Source: a virus
Taxonomy: Duplodnaviria; Caudoviricetes
Strand: one strand, 5' to 3'
Virus record (IMG/VR): IMGVR_UViG_3300042298_003339
Span: 1-36,489 of that record
DNA length: 36,489 bases
Position numbers and translations under genes: made by a program. Positions 8,932 to 17,811 of the stretch are shown here, piece by piece. The notes beneath the pieces are model-generated. The model saw only the letters and a program-made list of their open reading frames with translations, was not told the DNA's origin and searched no databases. The first letter of the stretch is position 1, and each line of letters opens with the position of its first letter.

Positions 8932-11546
8932 TCCAAATACCAATAGAAATAGGCGATACCATATTGGCAGGTCGATTCAAGAATAAAAAAATTAAAGTTA
9001 ACGAAATTTCCGTAGACGAATATGGGAATCCCACGGTTAACGGTAGAAGCATATTAAAAATAAGAATACCAAAGTTATATCAAAAGCAGGAAAACGAAAT
9101 GAAAACAAGTATAAAAGAAGGTAAACAAAACGAAACCGATGTTCAAAACGCAGTCGATAATGTATCGAATTGGGTAAGGAGCAATAAACTAAATACTTTC
9201 AGGTCTATCAGTGTTTTAAGCGATGAACTTAAAAACAAGGGAGTATTAAGAGGGTTTACTTTAACACAAACTCCTAATAGTGGAAACGGTTATGTAATTT
9301 CTATGAAAAATGATACAACGGGCGTAACTGTTTACATTGCAAATGGGATAACTTCTGCAAAAAAATATGATATTTCGAAAAAAACAGGAACAACGTCTTT
9401 TTATATATGTGCTAATTATGAAAATAACATGAAAGAATCCAAACAATTAAAAGAAGCTCTAAGTCCCGATAAACTCAAAACCATCGATAAAAAAATTGCA
9501 TGGGGGACTGAAAAAGAATTACCATTTTCGCAAGGATTTGCGATTAAAGACGTAATTAAGCGTTATAACATTCCTGCTATTCAATGGGGATATGTTGGTA
9601 CTGGAACCTTTATTGGCGTTGAAACCAAAAAGCAAAAGATGTTTTGGAGAGACAAAGGTTCAACACTTGAATTCTTAGGAATTTTGAATAAAGACGGAAG
9701 CGTAGCGGAAAATACGACGTTGAGTGAAACATCTTCGTTATCGATCGGAGACTCTGGCATTATAACTGACAAGAATTCCATGTATAAAGGAAAACAGGGA
9801 ACAATAGTATCTACTGTCGGGAAAGATTGGCAGGTTGCTATCTTAGTGAATGGGACTGAAAAAAATGTAGTGGTCAGTAAAAATGGCCTTCAAAAGTCAA
9901 ATGGGCTTAAAGAAGCCAAAGCCGTGTTTGTAAAGGATAAAAATCTTCCATCCGTTTTAAAAGACAGTGGTCTTTCATTTGCAGAATACAAAGAGTATGA
10001 AGATTCCCTTCTTTCGAAACAAGTGCCAGAACTTAGAAAATTGCAAGGCTTAGTAAGTAAACAACAAGACAAATTAAGAAAAGATAATCCTGATCCAAAT
10101 AAATGGCCTGAACATATAAAACGGGCAGATAAACAATTAAGATTCAGGGATATGATGTTGATGGTAGCAGTTGATCATGTGGCATTTAGTGAAAATGTAG
10201 GTCTTAAAGAAGCCGTTAATCCATTCCAAAAGTCGCCATTAGAAGTAAAAATAAAGCAGATTGGTGGCTCATGGCACATTTATCTTCAAACCGTTGACGG
10301 TGAAGAATGTTTAACAATGTCAGGTTGGGATACAAAAGAAAATGCAGAACACGCTGCTATGATGAAAGGTTATAGTTTTGATGGAAATAAAAGTAATGAA
10401 ACTCCTAAACGTGACCAACCAAAATATACAGGTTATGAGAAAGTTCGCTCTGAAAAACCAGAAGAAATGAAACTTTCAAAGGAAAAAAAGATTGAAATTA
10501 AACTTGAACGGATGATTAGTGGAATTTTAGGTAAAAAAAAGGTTTTGAATGAACAATATACCAAAAACGACCTTAAATTTGTTGATGGTAAGGCATTGGT
10601 CAAGAAAGGAAACAAGATACTGGCAAAAGTTTTTGATCGTGAAGCATATTTCAAAGCGCAAAATGTAAATGTTTCATTTTCTCCGAAATATCCATATTCT
10701 TTGACAATAAATGCTATGACCCGCGAATGTGAAAGTTTGGACGAAGTTTTAACTTATTTAAATAAGTATTTGAATGAATCGGCATTGGTTGAAGCCGCCG
10801 GTACTCGTAAACTTAAAAAACAGATAGAAGATTTTATTTATACTAAATTAGGTAAACGACCATATAAAGGTCAAATTAGATTTAAAGGAAACGTACTTGT
10901 AATTGATAACAGTGAAATTAGTTTTGGAAATTATGCAAGTTGGATTGCCAAAAATGCTACTGGTTTAAAATGGGAACCTATTGGGCAATCAATGGCTAAA
11001 TTAGTTGAATCCGTCTTGATTGAATCTAATTTAACTGACAACATTAAAACTCAATTACGAACGTTAAAAGATTTGCAGCAAAAAATTGCAGAAGCAAAAG
11101 CACAAGTCGATGCGATTATAAAATCAACAGGTCTCAAAGATTTGGAAAAATCTGCTGATAAACTTTTAAAAGAAGAACTTTGGGATTTTTTTAACGAATT
11201 AAAACGAGATGAACAACGTTTGGTTGATTTGGGTGATATAATAATGACTGTTACTAAATTCCAATCTGAACCTGCTACATATGAATATGAAAAAACCTTG
11301 GATTATGCACTGACGCAAGTAAATCAAGATGTTAAAGAAAAAGTTTTGATGCAGTTGAAGGCTACTGAAAAAATTGGTAAAACAAAAGGTTCTGTTTCGT
11401 TTGCCACTAAAACAGAATCGGTTGGTAGTGATATTTGGAATAAGGTAACTTCGTTTTTAGGGAAATTTTTACCAGCCATAAAACGTAAAGGTCAAAAAAT
11501 AGATTCCGAAATTTCAAAACTTAAAAGTTTAATTAATAAGAAATAA
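8928..11546 (+). CDS. Multi-module protein, putative head-packaged polyprotein with repeated LxE sites and KOW/SH3-like modules
   Basis: 872 aa; segments separated by IKEG, LKEA (x3), LSET, LNEQ, LNESALVEA, LVESVLIES; IGD...YKGKQGTI KOW-like module. Confidence 0.55.
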   Translation: MIQIPIEIGDTILAGRFKNKKIKVNEISVDEYGNPTVNGRSILKIRIPKLYQKQENEMKTSIKEGKQNETDVQNAVDNVSNWVRSNKLNTFRSISVLSDELKNKGVLRGFTLTQTPNSGNGYVISMKNDTTGVTVYIANGITSAKKYDISKKTGTTSFYICANYENNMKESKQLKEALSPDKLKTIDKKIAWGTEKELPFSQGFAIKDVIKRYNIPAIQWGYVGTGTFIGVETKKQKMFWRDKGSTLEFLGILNKDGSVAENTTLSETSSLSIGDSGIITDKNSMYKGKQGTIVSTVGKDWQVAILVNGTEKNVVVSKNGLQKSNGLKEAKAVFVKDKNLPSVLKDSGLSFAEYKEYEDSLLSKQVPELRKLQGLVSKQQDKLRKDNPDPNKWPEHIKRADKQLRFRDMMLMVAVDHVAFSENVGLKEAVNPFQKSPLEVKIKQIGGSWHIYLQTVDGEECLTMSGWDTKENAEHAAMMKGYSFDGNKSNETPKRDQPKYTGYEKVRSEKPEEMKLSKEKKIEIKLERMISGILGKKKVLNEQYTKNDLKFVDGKALVKKGNKILAKVFDREAYFKAQNVNVSFSPKYPYSLTINAMTRECESLDEVLTYLNKYLNESALVEAAGTRKLKKQIEDFIYTKLGKRPYKGQIRFKGNVLVIDNSEISFGNYASWIAKNATGLKWEPIGQSMAKLVESVLIESNLTDNIKTQLRTLKDLQQKIAEAKAQVDAIIKSTGLKDLEKSADKLLKEELWDFFNELKRDEQRLVDLGDIIMTVTKFQSEPATYEYEKTLDYALTQVNQDVKEKVLMQLKATEKIGKTKGSVSFATKTESVGSDIWNKVTSFLGKFLPAIKRKGQKIDSEISKLKSLINKK

Positions 11547-11549
11547 TAA

Positions 11550-13208
11550 TTGATACCTCGCGTCCTACATCCCGTTAAACCCCAAGACTTTACAATAAAG
11601 TCAACTACTGTTCACAAGAAGTTCTTGGTGCAACGGACGGATTTGTATTCAGGTTCATTGCCGCAAACTGGAAGTGGATATAGGTTATGGGAAGGATTGT
11701 GGACAAGTGAAAGGTTAAAACTCGGAACTCAAAGTGAAACCACTTATCCAACCAATAGTTTCGATGGAAGTTATAAAAATATCATTTGGAATAGTTTTGA
11801 TACTCGTTATTATCGTTTTCCTTATGATAAATGCGCAACTTTGGAACACGCCAATAAACGCTTTACCAAAAAGTTTTTAAATTACAGCGCATCAATTATC
11901 AATTTACCATATTTTGATTATGGTGAACGTATAAAGGAAGGTTCGGTTGAAATAACTGGTTCTAATTTTAATTTAACTGATGACAAGAATGGCAATTTAT
12001 ACGATATTAGTTTGAATACTGGTTCGTATTCAGATAGACATAACTTAATTGCGTATTGGGGATTCAACGATGAATATAGACGCGGTAAAATAAATGAAGT
12101 TAAATGGTTAGAAAAAACAAAACTATTTTACGATAGCGCACAATTCAGTGACGTTGAAGGTTCAATTGCTAAAAACATTTCATTTATAACTGGTGTTCCA
12201 ATTAATTCGACTGGCTCAGGCACCAGCGCAAATTTTGATGAAAGTTATATTTTAACACCCCATAAAGATGAATTTAATTTCAGCAAAATAGATGATTTTA
12301 CATTTAGTTTTTGGGTTAATTACAGCGCAAATATTCTTGATCCATCCTCTACATTGATTTGTAAAGACACCATTATTACAGAACAAAGTTATGGTATTCA
12401 AGATAAGGAAAATTTGAATGGGTTAAATCAACAATTTCTTTATACCTCACAATCAACTTCGTATAAGCCTATAAACGTTTATCCGTTCAGATTTGAAATA
12501 AACAATTCAACTGGTAAACTTTCCTTTAAACGAAGCGATGGTAAAAAGGTTGTTCATTTAAGTGGAAGTTTGAATTTAGGTTCAAGTAATTGGCATCATT
12601 ACGCAACTGTTAAATCAGGTTCAAATTTATACTTATATCAAGACGGAACCTTAGTTCAAAGTGGAAGTGAAGTTGATTATCATCCCTTAAATAATCATTC
12701 ATTGATGTTTGGTGCTGATAATTTCAATTTTGATAATTATTTCATTGGTCAAATGGACGAAATTCGCATTTATAATAAAGGGTTAACTCAAACAACCATT
12801 CAAACCCTTTGTGATAGTTCAAGTTTAGGAATGTATCAAAGTTCCGTTGCTGGAAATGTGTTTTATAGAGGCGGGAATATTGTCGTTTCAAGTTTAGACC
12901 CGAAACATAATCAAATTTTAAATCAAGACTGGAAACTTCGTTACAGAGGAACCCATACGATTTACAATTATGAAGCAATGGTTCGGATTAAAAAAGGAAG
13001 TTTCAATCATACTACAAATAAAACTTGGTTAAAGGCTCCGAATAGTGATTTAATTAGAGATGAGGCAACTGGAAGTTTAAAAACTTATTTTCACACGATT
13101 GGACTTTATTCTCCGGAAGGTGAACTTTTAGCAGTAGGTAAAATGAATCAGGCAATACAATTAAGAGATGATGTAGACTTGAACGTGATAATTCGTTGGG
13201 ATTCATAG
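11550..13208 (+). CDS. Virion structural protein, paralog 3, with LamG/concanavalin A-like domain
   Basis: LIAYWGFNDE, FTFSFWV, WHHYATV, LYQDG, GQMDEIRIYNKGLT; C-terminal TIGLYSPEGELLAVGKM motif; TTG start. Confidence 0.7.
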   Translation: MIPRVLHPVKPQDFTIKSTTVHKKFLVQRTDLYSGSLPQTGSGYRLWEGLWTSERLKLGTQSETTYPTNSFDGSYKNIIWNSFDTRYYRFPYDKCATLEHANKRFTKKFLNYSASIINLPYFDYGERIKEGSVEITGSNFNLTDDKNGNLYDISLNTGSYSDRHNLIAYWGFNDEYRRGKINEVKWLEKTKLFYDSAQFSDVEGSIAKNISFITGVPINSTGSGTSANFDESYILTPHKDEFNFSKIDDFTFSFWVNYSANILDPSSTLICKDTIITEQSYGIQDKENLNGLNQQFLYTSQSTSYKPINVYPFRFEINNSTGKLSFKRSDGKKVVHLSGSLNLGSSNWHHYATVKSGSNLYLYQDGTLVQSGSEVDYHPLNNHSLMFGADNFNFDNYFIGQMDEIRIYNKGLTQTTIQTLCDSSSLGMYQSSVAGNVFYRGGNIVVSSLDPKHNQILNQDWKLRYRGTHTIYNYEAMVRIKKGSFNHTTNKTWLKAPNSDLIRDEATGSLKTYFHTIGLYSPEGELLAVGKMNQAIQLRDDVDLNVIIRWDS

Positions 13209-13235
13209 ATTTATACAAATAAAATTTGGGGGTTA

Positions 13236-13622
13236 GTGTTGCAAGATCAACTTAATTATTCTTTTTTTAGTCCGAATTTTGGACAAGTAAATTTGAATTT
13301 GTTAAAAAATTCAGATGATACTTATACAACGGAATATGTGGAACGACATTGGGATTGGACAAATATAACTGGTTCAGGAATTCATCTTGTCCATTCAGGT
13401 TCTGCAATTTTAGGTCAAGTCATTTTCAATACAGCAAGGGCAAGTTCTATTGTTAGTATTTTTGATGGTTTAAATACGTCAGGTTCTATTATTGCAAGAA
13501 TTGAGCATGGAAACTCTGGCGGATTAGTTAATCAGTATCAATTGCACTATAATATAAAGGTGAATAACGGAATAACCGTACAAGTAAGTGACGGCGATAA
13601 TATAACGGTAACGCATAGATGA
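13236..13622 (+). CDS. Small beta-rich putative virion protein
   Basis: 128 aa, TGS/SGS-rich like the neighbouring structural proteins; GTG start. Confidence 0.5.
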   Translation: MLQDQLNYSFFSPNFGQVNLNLLKNSDDTYTTEYVERHWDWTNITGSGIHLVHSGSAILGQVIFNTARASSIVSIFDGLNTSGSIIARIEHGNSGGLVNQYQLHYNIKVNNGITVQVSDGDNITVTHR

Positions 13623-14227
13623 AACTCAGAACAATATATGAAAGTATTTTAGATGAAGGTAAACAAGTTGGAAAGGTTTACCATTTTACTTCATTGAATA
13701 ATGCTATTAAAATAGTAAAAACAGACCATTTAAAAGGATTTCATGCTACCAAGAATATCAAAGGTAGAACCGTTTCAACTACTCGTGATAAAAATTTCAG
13801 TAGACGTAGAGGTGACCAACTTTCCATTTCGGGCGCAGATATAACATTTGAATTGGATGGAAATAAACTTTCAAATGTTTACCAAGTAATGCCTTATGAC
13901 GATACTTATGATAAAGATGCTGGCGAATACGAAGAAGAGGATAGAATTAATTTTGGAGACGAACAGGAAGAAGTTTGGTATGGTAAAAAATTAGAACAGG
14001 ATGTCGGCTTCAAAAATTTCAGAAAATACGTCAGTAAGGTTATCATCACCAAGCGGTTTATTAATAAAGTTTTCCAAAAACCTGAAAAATTGTTTGTAAG
14101 GGGAGAAGATTCTATAACAGATTTGTTTGGAAACGTGAATGACTTTTTAACAGATGGTCATGGAAAAATTTTAGAAATAAAAAAATGGTTTGAACAAAAT
14201 GGCTATAAGGTTGAATTTGAAAAATGA
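13619..14227 (+). CDS. Putative ADP-ribosyltransferase-fold protein with leader
   Basis: MKLRTIYESILDE leader; VYHFTS, VSTTRD and DEQEE occur in the order of ART strand-1, S-T-x and ExE motifs. Confidence 0.5.
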   Translation: MKLRTIYESILDEGKQVGKVYHFTSLNNAIKIVKTDHLKGFHATKNIKGRTVSTTRDKNFSRRRGDQLSISGADITFELDGNKLSNVYQVMPYDDTYDKDAGEYEEEDRINFGDEQEEVWYGKKLEQDVGFKNFRKYVSKVIITKRFINKVFQKPEKLFVRGEDSITDLFGNVNDFLTDGHGKILEIKKWFEQNGYKVEFEK

Positions 14228-14664
14228 ATTGGTTATATAAAAATGAGGAAGTACAAATACCTGAAAACACTATCGGGTTTATTTACTTAATTACCCGATT
14301 AAGTGACGGAAAAATTTATGTAGGAAGGAAGATGTTAAACAGCAACCGCAAGGTTCGATTAACTAAGAAAGAAAAACTTCTACCTGAAAATAAACGTAAA
14401 ACGTTTAAACGAGTTATCAAAGAAACTGATTGGAAGGACTATTGGGGAAGTTCCAAAGAATTATTGGAAGATATAAAGGTTTTAGGTAAGGATAAATTTA
14501 AAAGAGAAATACTTGTTTTTACGGAATCGAAAATTGATACCTCATTTTATGAATTATACTTTCAAATGAAATATGATGTTTTATTTGTAAATTCATATAA
14601 CAACCATATTGCAAATACAAAGTTTTTTAAGGGAAAAATAAATGAAATTGCGAAAGATATATGA
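14224..14664 (+). CDS. GIY-YIG endonuclease (Seg-like, catalytic domain only)
   Basis: GFIYLIT...IYVGRK, YWGSS, FKREIL, conserved Glu, YNNHI. Confidence 0.8.
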   Translation: MNWLYKNEEVQIPENTIGFIYLITRLSDGKIYVGRKMLNSNRKVRLTKKEKLLPENKRKTFKRVIKETDWKDYWGSSKELLEDIKVLGKDKFKREILVFTESKIDTSFYELYFQMKYDVLFVNSYNNHIANTKFFKGKINEIAKDI

Positions 14665-15454
14665 GGTATTATTAAAGGAAAATATGGATATCAATTCCAT
14701 GAAAATTATTGGTAAATCTTTTTTGAAATTCAAACCTGAACAAATAAACGACTTTATAAAATGGATTGATATGTTTCCTACAAGTGGAAAGGCTCCATCA
14801 GGCTTGAAAAAAGATTTTGAGTCAATAAAACACTTAAAACAGATGGCCAATAATTATAAAGAATACGGATTGGTTTCTGGTAATATTTCAGCGACTTTTT
14901 CGTGGTGGAAAGAAGACGATATTGACCGAATCGTTGACGCTTTTTTCAATACAAAAACCGAAAGAATAGATAATTTTAACATAGGTAATTTATTTTTTAT
15001 AAATGATTCGTCTATGGCCGGAGTTCGTTTTAAAGAAACGGCTATTAAGATTGCAAAATTTTTGCAAAGATTTGACGGTTTTCATAAAAAATCTCTTGTC
15101 GGTAAATTGGAAATTCATTTTAAATCAAGTAAATTTTTAAGAAGTAAAGCGAAATATGTAAGTAATAAAGATCAAATATGGATTAAAGAAGGCAATTCTC
15201 GTGATGTAGATACTGAAAATTATGCCTCGTTGCTGTATATAATAGCACATGAATTAGGACACAGATTTGAACAAAAATCAAACGTTCCAAGTTCTTTTAA
15301 AGATGAAGATTTTTATACTACCAAATATTCGAAAACGGATTCGATGGCGGGAAGTGAATCTTTTGCGGAAATTTTTGCTATAAGTTTTTTTGGACAGTCA
15401 AAATATCCACAATTTTCCGACCAAATTGAAAAATTTAATAACTTGATGAAATGA
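14642..15454 (+). CDS. Zincin-like metallopeptidase with leader
   Basis: MKLRKIYEVLLKE leader; AHELGH (HExxH) and downstream ESFAE third-ligand motif. Confidence 0.7.
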   Translation: MKLRKIYEVLLKENMDINSMKIIGKSFLKFKPEQINDFIKWIDMFPTSGKAPSGLKKDFESIKHLKQMANNYKEYGLVSGNISATFSWWKEDDIDRIVDAFFNTKTERIDNFNIGNLFFINDSSMAGVRFKETAIKIAKFLQRFDGFHKKSLVGKLEIHFKSSKFLRSKAKYVSNKDQIWIKEGNSRDVDTENYASLLYIIAHELGHRFEQKSNVPSSFKDEDFYTTKYSKTDSMAGSESFAEIFAISFFGQSKYPQFSDQIEKFNNLMK

Positions 15455-16023
15455 CTATGAAAATCAAAAAACATTCTGAATTAATGATGGAGGTTTTGAA
15501 GGAAGAACTTCAAAATCAAGTAGAACCTTTAAAGCCCAAGGTATTGAAGCAAGATATTGAAAATATGCTCAATCAAAGGTTGGAAGATGAATACAAAGCA
15601 CATTATTTTTATTTGAACGCTTCAAATTGGTGTAATGGAGTTGGTTTTACAAATGCAGGTTCATTTTTTGCAAAAGAAAGCGCAAGTGAAATGGAACACG
15701 CATTAAAAATTCAGGATTACATGGTTGGTTGGAATTTAATTCCTAAAATCCCCCAAGTTCAAACTAACTTTGATATAGATAATTTGATTCAAATTATAAA
15801 TCAGGCATATAACCTTGAATATGATCTTTTAATCAAATATTCAAACGATTCAAAACAATGTTTGATTAAGGATATGAGTACGTTTACTTTTCTACAATCT
15901 TATGTCCAAATTCAAACTCAATCAGTTAAAGAATTTAGTGACTTGTTGAATGTGCTTGAATTGATTGATTATAACGACAAATATCAGTTGCTTTATTTTG
16001 AAAATAAATATTTCGGAGGGTAA
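15451..16023 (+). CDS. ftn: Ferritin (non-heme, FtnA-like) with N-terminal extension
   Basis: LNQRLEDEYKAHYFY, GFTNAGSFF, EMEHALKI, AYNLE, TFTFLQSYVQIQ follow the FtnA helix pattern. Confidence 0.85.
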   Translation: MTMKIKKHSELMMEVLKEELQNQVEPLKPKVLKQDIENMLNQRLEDEYKAHYFYLNASNWCNGVGFTNAGSFFAKESASEMEHALKIQDYMVGWNLIPKIPQVQTNFDIDNLIQIINQAYNLEYDLLIKYSNDSKQCLIKDMSTFTFLQSYVQIQTQSVKEFSDLLNVLELIDYNDKYQLLYFENKYFGG

Positions 16024-16025
16024 TT

Positions 16026-16382
16026 TTGAAACTTAGAATGTTACTCAATGAAATTCTTAAAGGCGGTAAATTTAGAGTTTATCACGGTTCAAATCATCAA
16101 TTTACTAAATTTGATTTAAATAAAACTGCCCAGAAAATAGCATGGTTTTCCGATTCAATTGCTGATATTAAATCTGGAAATGCGGGAGCATTATCTTCCA
16201 AATATATCATGGAATTTGAAATAACAATTAAAAATCCGGCAGGTTGGGATGAATATGAAAAATTAGGACTCGGCCAAATCGAAGATAGAGGCTTTGACGG
16301 TGTAATTTTAGAAGATTCAGACGCGACAAATTACATTGTCTTTAACCCGAAAAATATAAAATTCATTAGAAACGTAGAATAA
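16026..16382 (+). CDS. ADP-ribosyltransferase-like (ART-PolyVal-type) small protein with leader
   Basis: MKLRMLLNE leader; VYHGS...F..FD, WFSD, GFDGVI, YIVFNPKNIK. Confidence 0.6.
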   Translation: MKLRMLLNEILKGGKFRVYHGSNHQFTKFDLNKTAQKIAWFSDSIADIKSGNAGALSSKYIMEFEITIKNPAGWDEYEKLGLGQIEDRGFDGVILEDSDATNYIVFNPKNIKFIRNVE

Positions 16383-16410
16383 GCATTTTAGTTAACTAAG
16401 TGTTAAAGTA

Positions 16411-16442
16411 TTTGGAAGTTTCGTAAAAAGGTTTTATACTTG
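16411..16442 (+). promoter_or_regulatory. Candidate host-RNAP promoter upstream of primase
   Basis: TTGGAA-17nt-TATACT (sigma70-like); also reads TTTG-20nt-TATACTTG, close to the Bacteroidota TTTG/TAnnTTTG consensus. Confidence 0.45.
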
Positions 16443-16448
16443 TAAATA

Positions 16449-17369
16449 ATGAACGATAAACTTCAAATACTTGAATCCGTTTTAGGTAGTGGTGAAAAAA
16501 CTAACCGTGACTATTATCAGTTCCATTGCCCGTTTTGCTCTCATAGGAAGAAGAAACTTGGTATCAGTTTAGGAACTGGTAAATGGAAATGTTGGGTTTG
16601 TCCTGCTAAGGGTTCGAACGTAAGTATTTTGTTTAGGAAGTTGAACCAATCACAATCAAAAGTTCAACAAGTAAAGGAGTTATGGAAGGAAAAAGTTTAT
16701 TTCAAAACTGAACCTTTAACTACTTTACAACTTCCGAAGGAATTCAAACCATTATGGGAACCAAGTGGAAGTTTCTTTTACAAAAAAGCCCAAGGTTATG
16801 TTAAAAAAAGAGGTATAACAGAAGGCGATATAATAAAACATCACATTGGTTATTGTGAACAAGGTCAGTACAACGATAAAGTCATTTTCCCTTCATATAC
16901 TGAACAAGGTCAACTAAACTTTTTTGGTAGTCGAACCTTTAATGAACTTTCAAATTATAAGTTCAAAATCCCTGAAAACATTGATAAAAATGAAATTGTT
17001 TTTGACGAAAATTTGATTAATTGGCAAGAGCCTGTTATCTTAGTTGAATCAAAACTTGATGCCATTGTTATTAAAAGAAACGCCTATCCGTTATATGGTA
17101 AGGGAATTAACAAGGCATTACAACAAAAGGTTCTGGAAGAAGGAACAAGTGAAATAATTTTTTGTTTGGATGGTGATGCTTTAAACGATGCTATTTTACA
17201 GGCAGAATGGTTTTTGAATAATGGAATAACAGTTAAAAAGGTTCGACTTCCAGAAAATGAAGACCCTAATTCGCTCGGATATAAAGAAGTTTGGAAATAT
17301 ATAAAGAAGGCTGAACCTTTGAATGAAAGTGAAATTTGGTTATTTAAAATTAAAAACAAATTGAAATGA
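16449..17369 (+). CDS. DNA primase (zinc-binding domain + TOPRIM)
   Basis: CPFC...WKCWVC zinc finger, VIFPSY, LVESKLDAI, CLDGDA, EDPNS. Confidence 0.85.
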   Translation: MNDKLQILESVLGSGEKTNRDYYQFHCPFCSHRKKKLGISLGTGKWKCWVCPAKGSNVSILFRKLNQSQSKVQQVKELWKEKVYFKTEPLTTLQLPKEFKPLWEPSGSFFYKKAQGYVKKRGITEGDIIKHHIGYCEQGQYNDKVIFPSYTEQGQLNFFGSRTFNELSNYKFKIPENIDKNEIVFDENLINWQEPVILVESKLDAIVIKRNAYPLYGKGINKALQQKVLEEGTSEIIFCLDGDALNDAILQAEWFLNNGITVKKVRLPENEDPNSLGYKEVWKYIKKAEPLNESEIWLFKIKNKLK

Positions 17370-17545
17370 AAAAACTTTGGTGTAAATGGTTTGGGCATAA
17401 ATTTAGAATCATCGGGTCAACTACGACTGAGCGATTAGAAGTTTGTAATTGTTGTCAAAAAGCCCGATGGATAAAATACAAAGATTTAATTCCAAAAATG
17501 GAAAATCCTCCACCTCCTCCTAAATTGAAAAATGATGGCATATAA
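17366..17545 (+). CDS. Small Cys/His protein (DUF1660-like), absent from the ORF track
   Basis: ATG overlaps primase stop (ATGA); my translation: MKKLWCKWFGHKFRIIGSTTTERLEVCNCCQKARWIKYKDLIPKMENPPPPPKLKNDGI* (59 aa). Confidence 0.65.
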   Translation: MKKLWCKWFGHKFRIIGSTTTERLEVCNCCQKARWIKYKDLIPKMENPPPPPKLKNDGI

Positions 17546-17792
17546 CTCAAAAATACTTGATGACTTTATTTCAACTATTTCTCCAAGTTCGTTAAGGTTA
17601 ACTGAACTTAAAATGGTAATGGCTGCAAAAATTCACGATGTAATGAAAGAAAAAAATATAACCAAAGAACAACTTGCCTACTTTATGGATACGAGTGAAG
17701 GAGTTGTAGAAGAATGGTTAAGTGGAGGTTATAATTTTGATTTTGAATTAATTGCTGAACTTGAAAATGAATTAAATGTTAAACTGATATAA
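17532..17792 (+). CDS. XRE-family helix-turn-helix protein
   Basis: MKEKNITKEQLAYFMDTSEGVVEEWLSGGYNF...IAELENELNVKL follows the HTH_3 pattern. Confidence 0.75.
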   Translation: MMAYNSKILDDFISTISPSSLRLTELKMVMAAKIHDVMKEKNITKEQLAYFMDTSEGVVEEWLSGGYNFDFELIAELENELNVKLI

Positions 17793-17811
17793 TAAAAAAT
17801 AAGATATCCAC

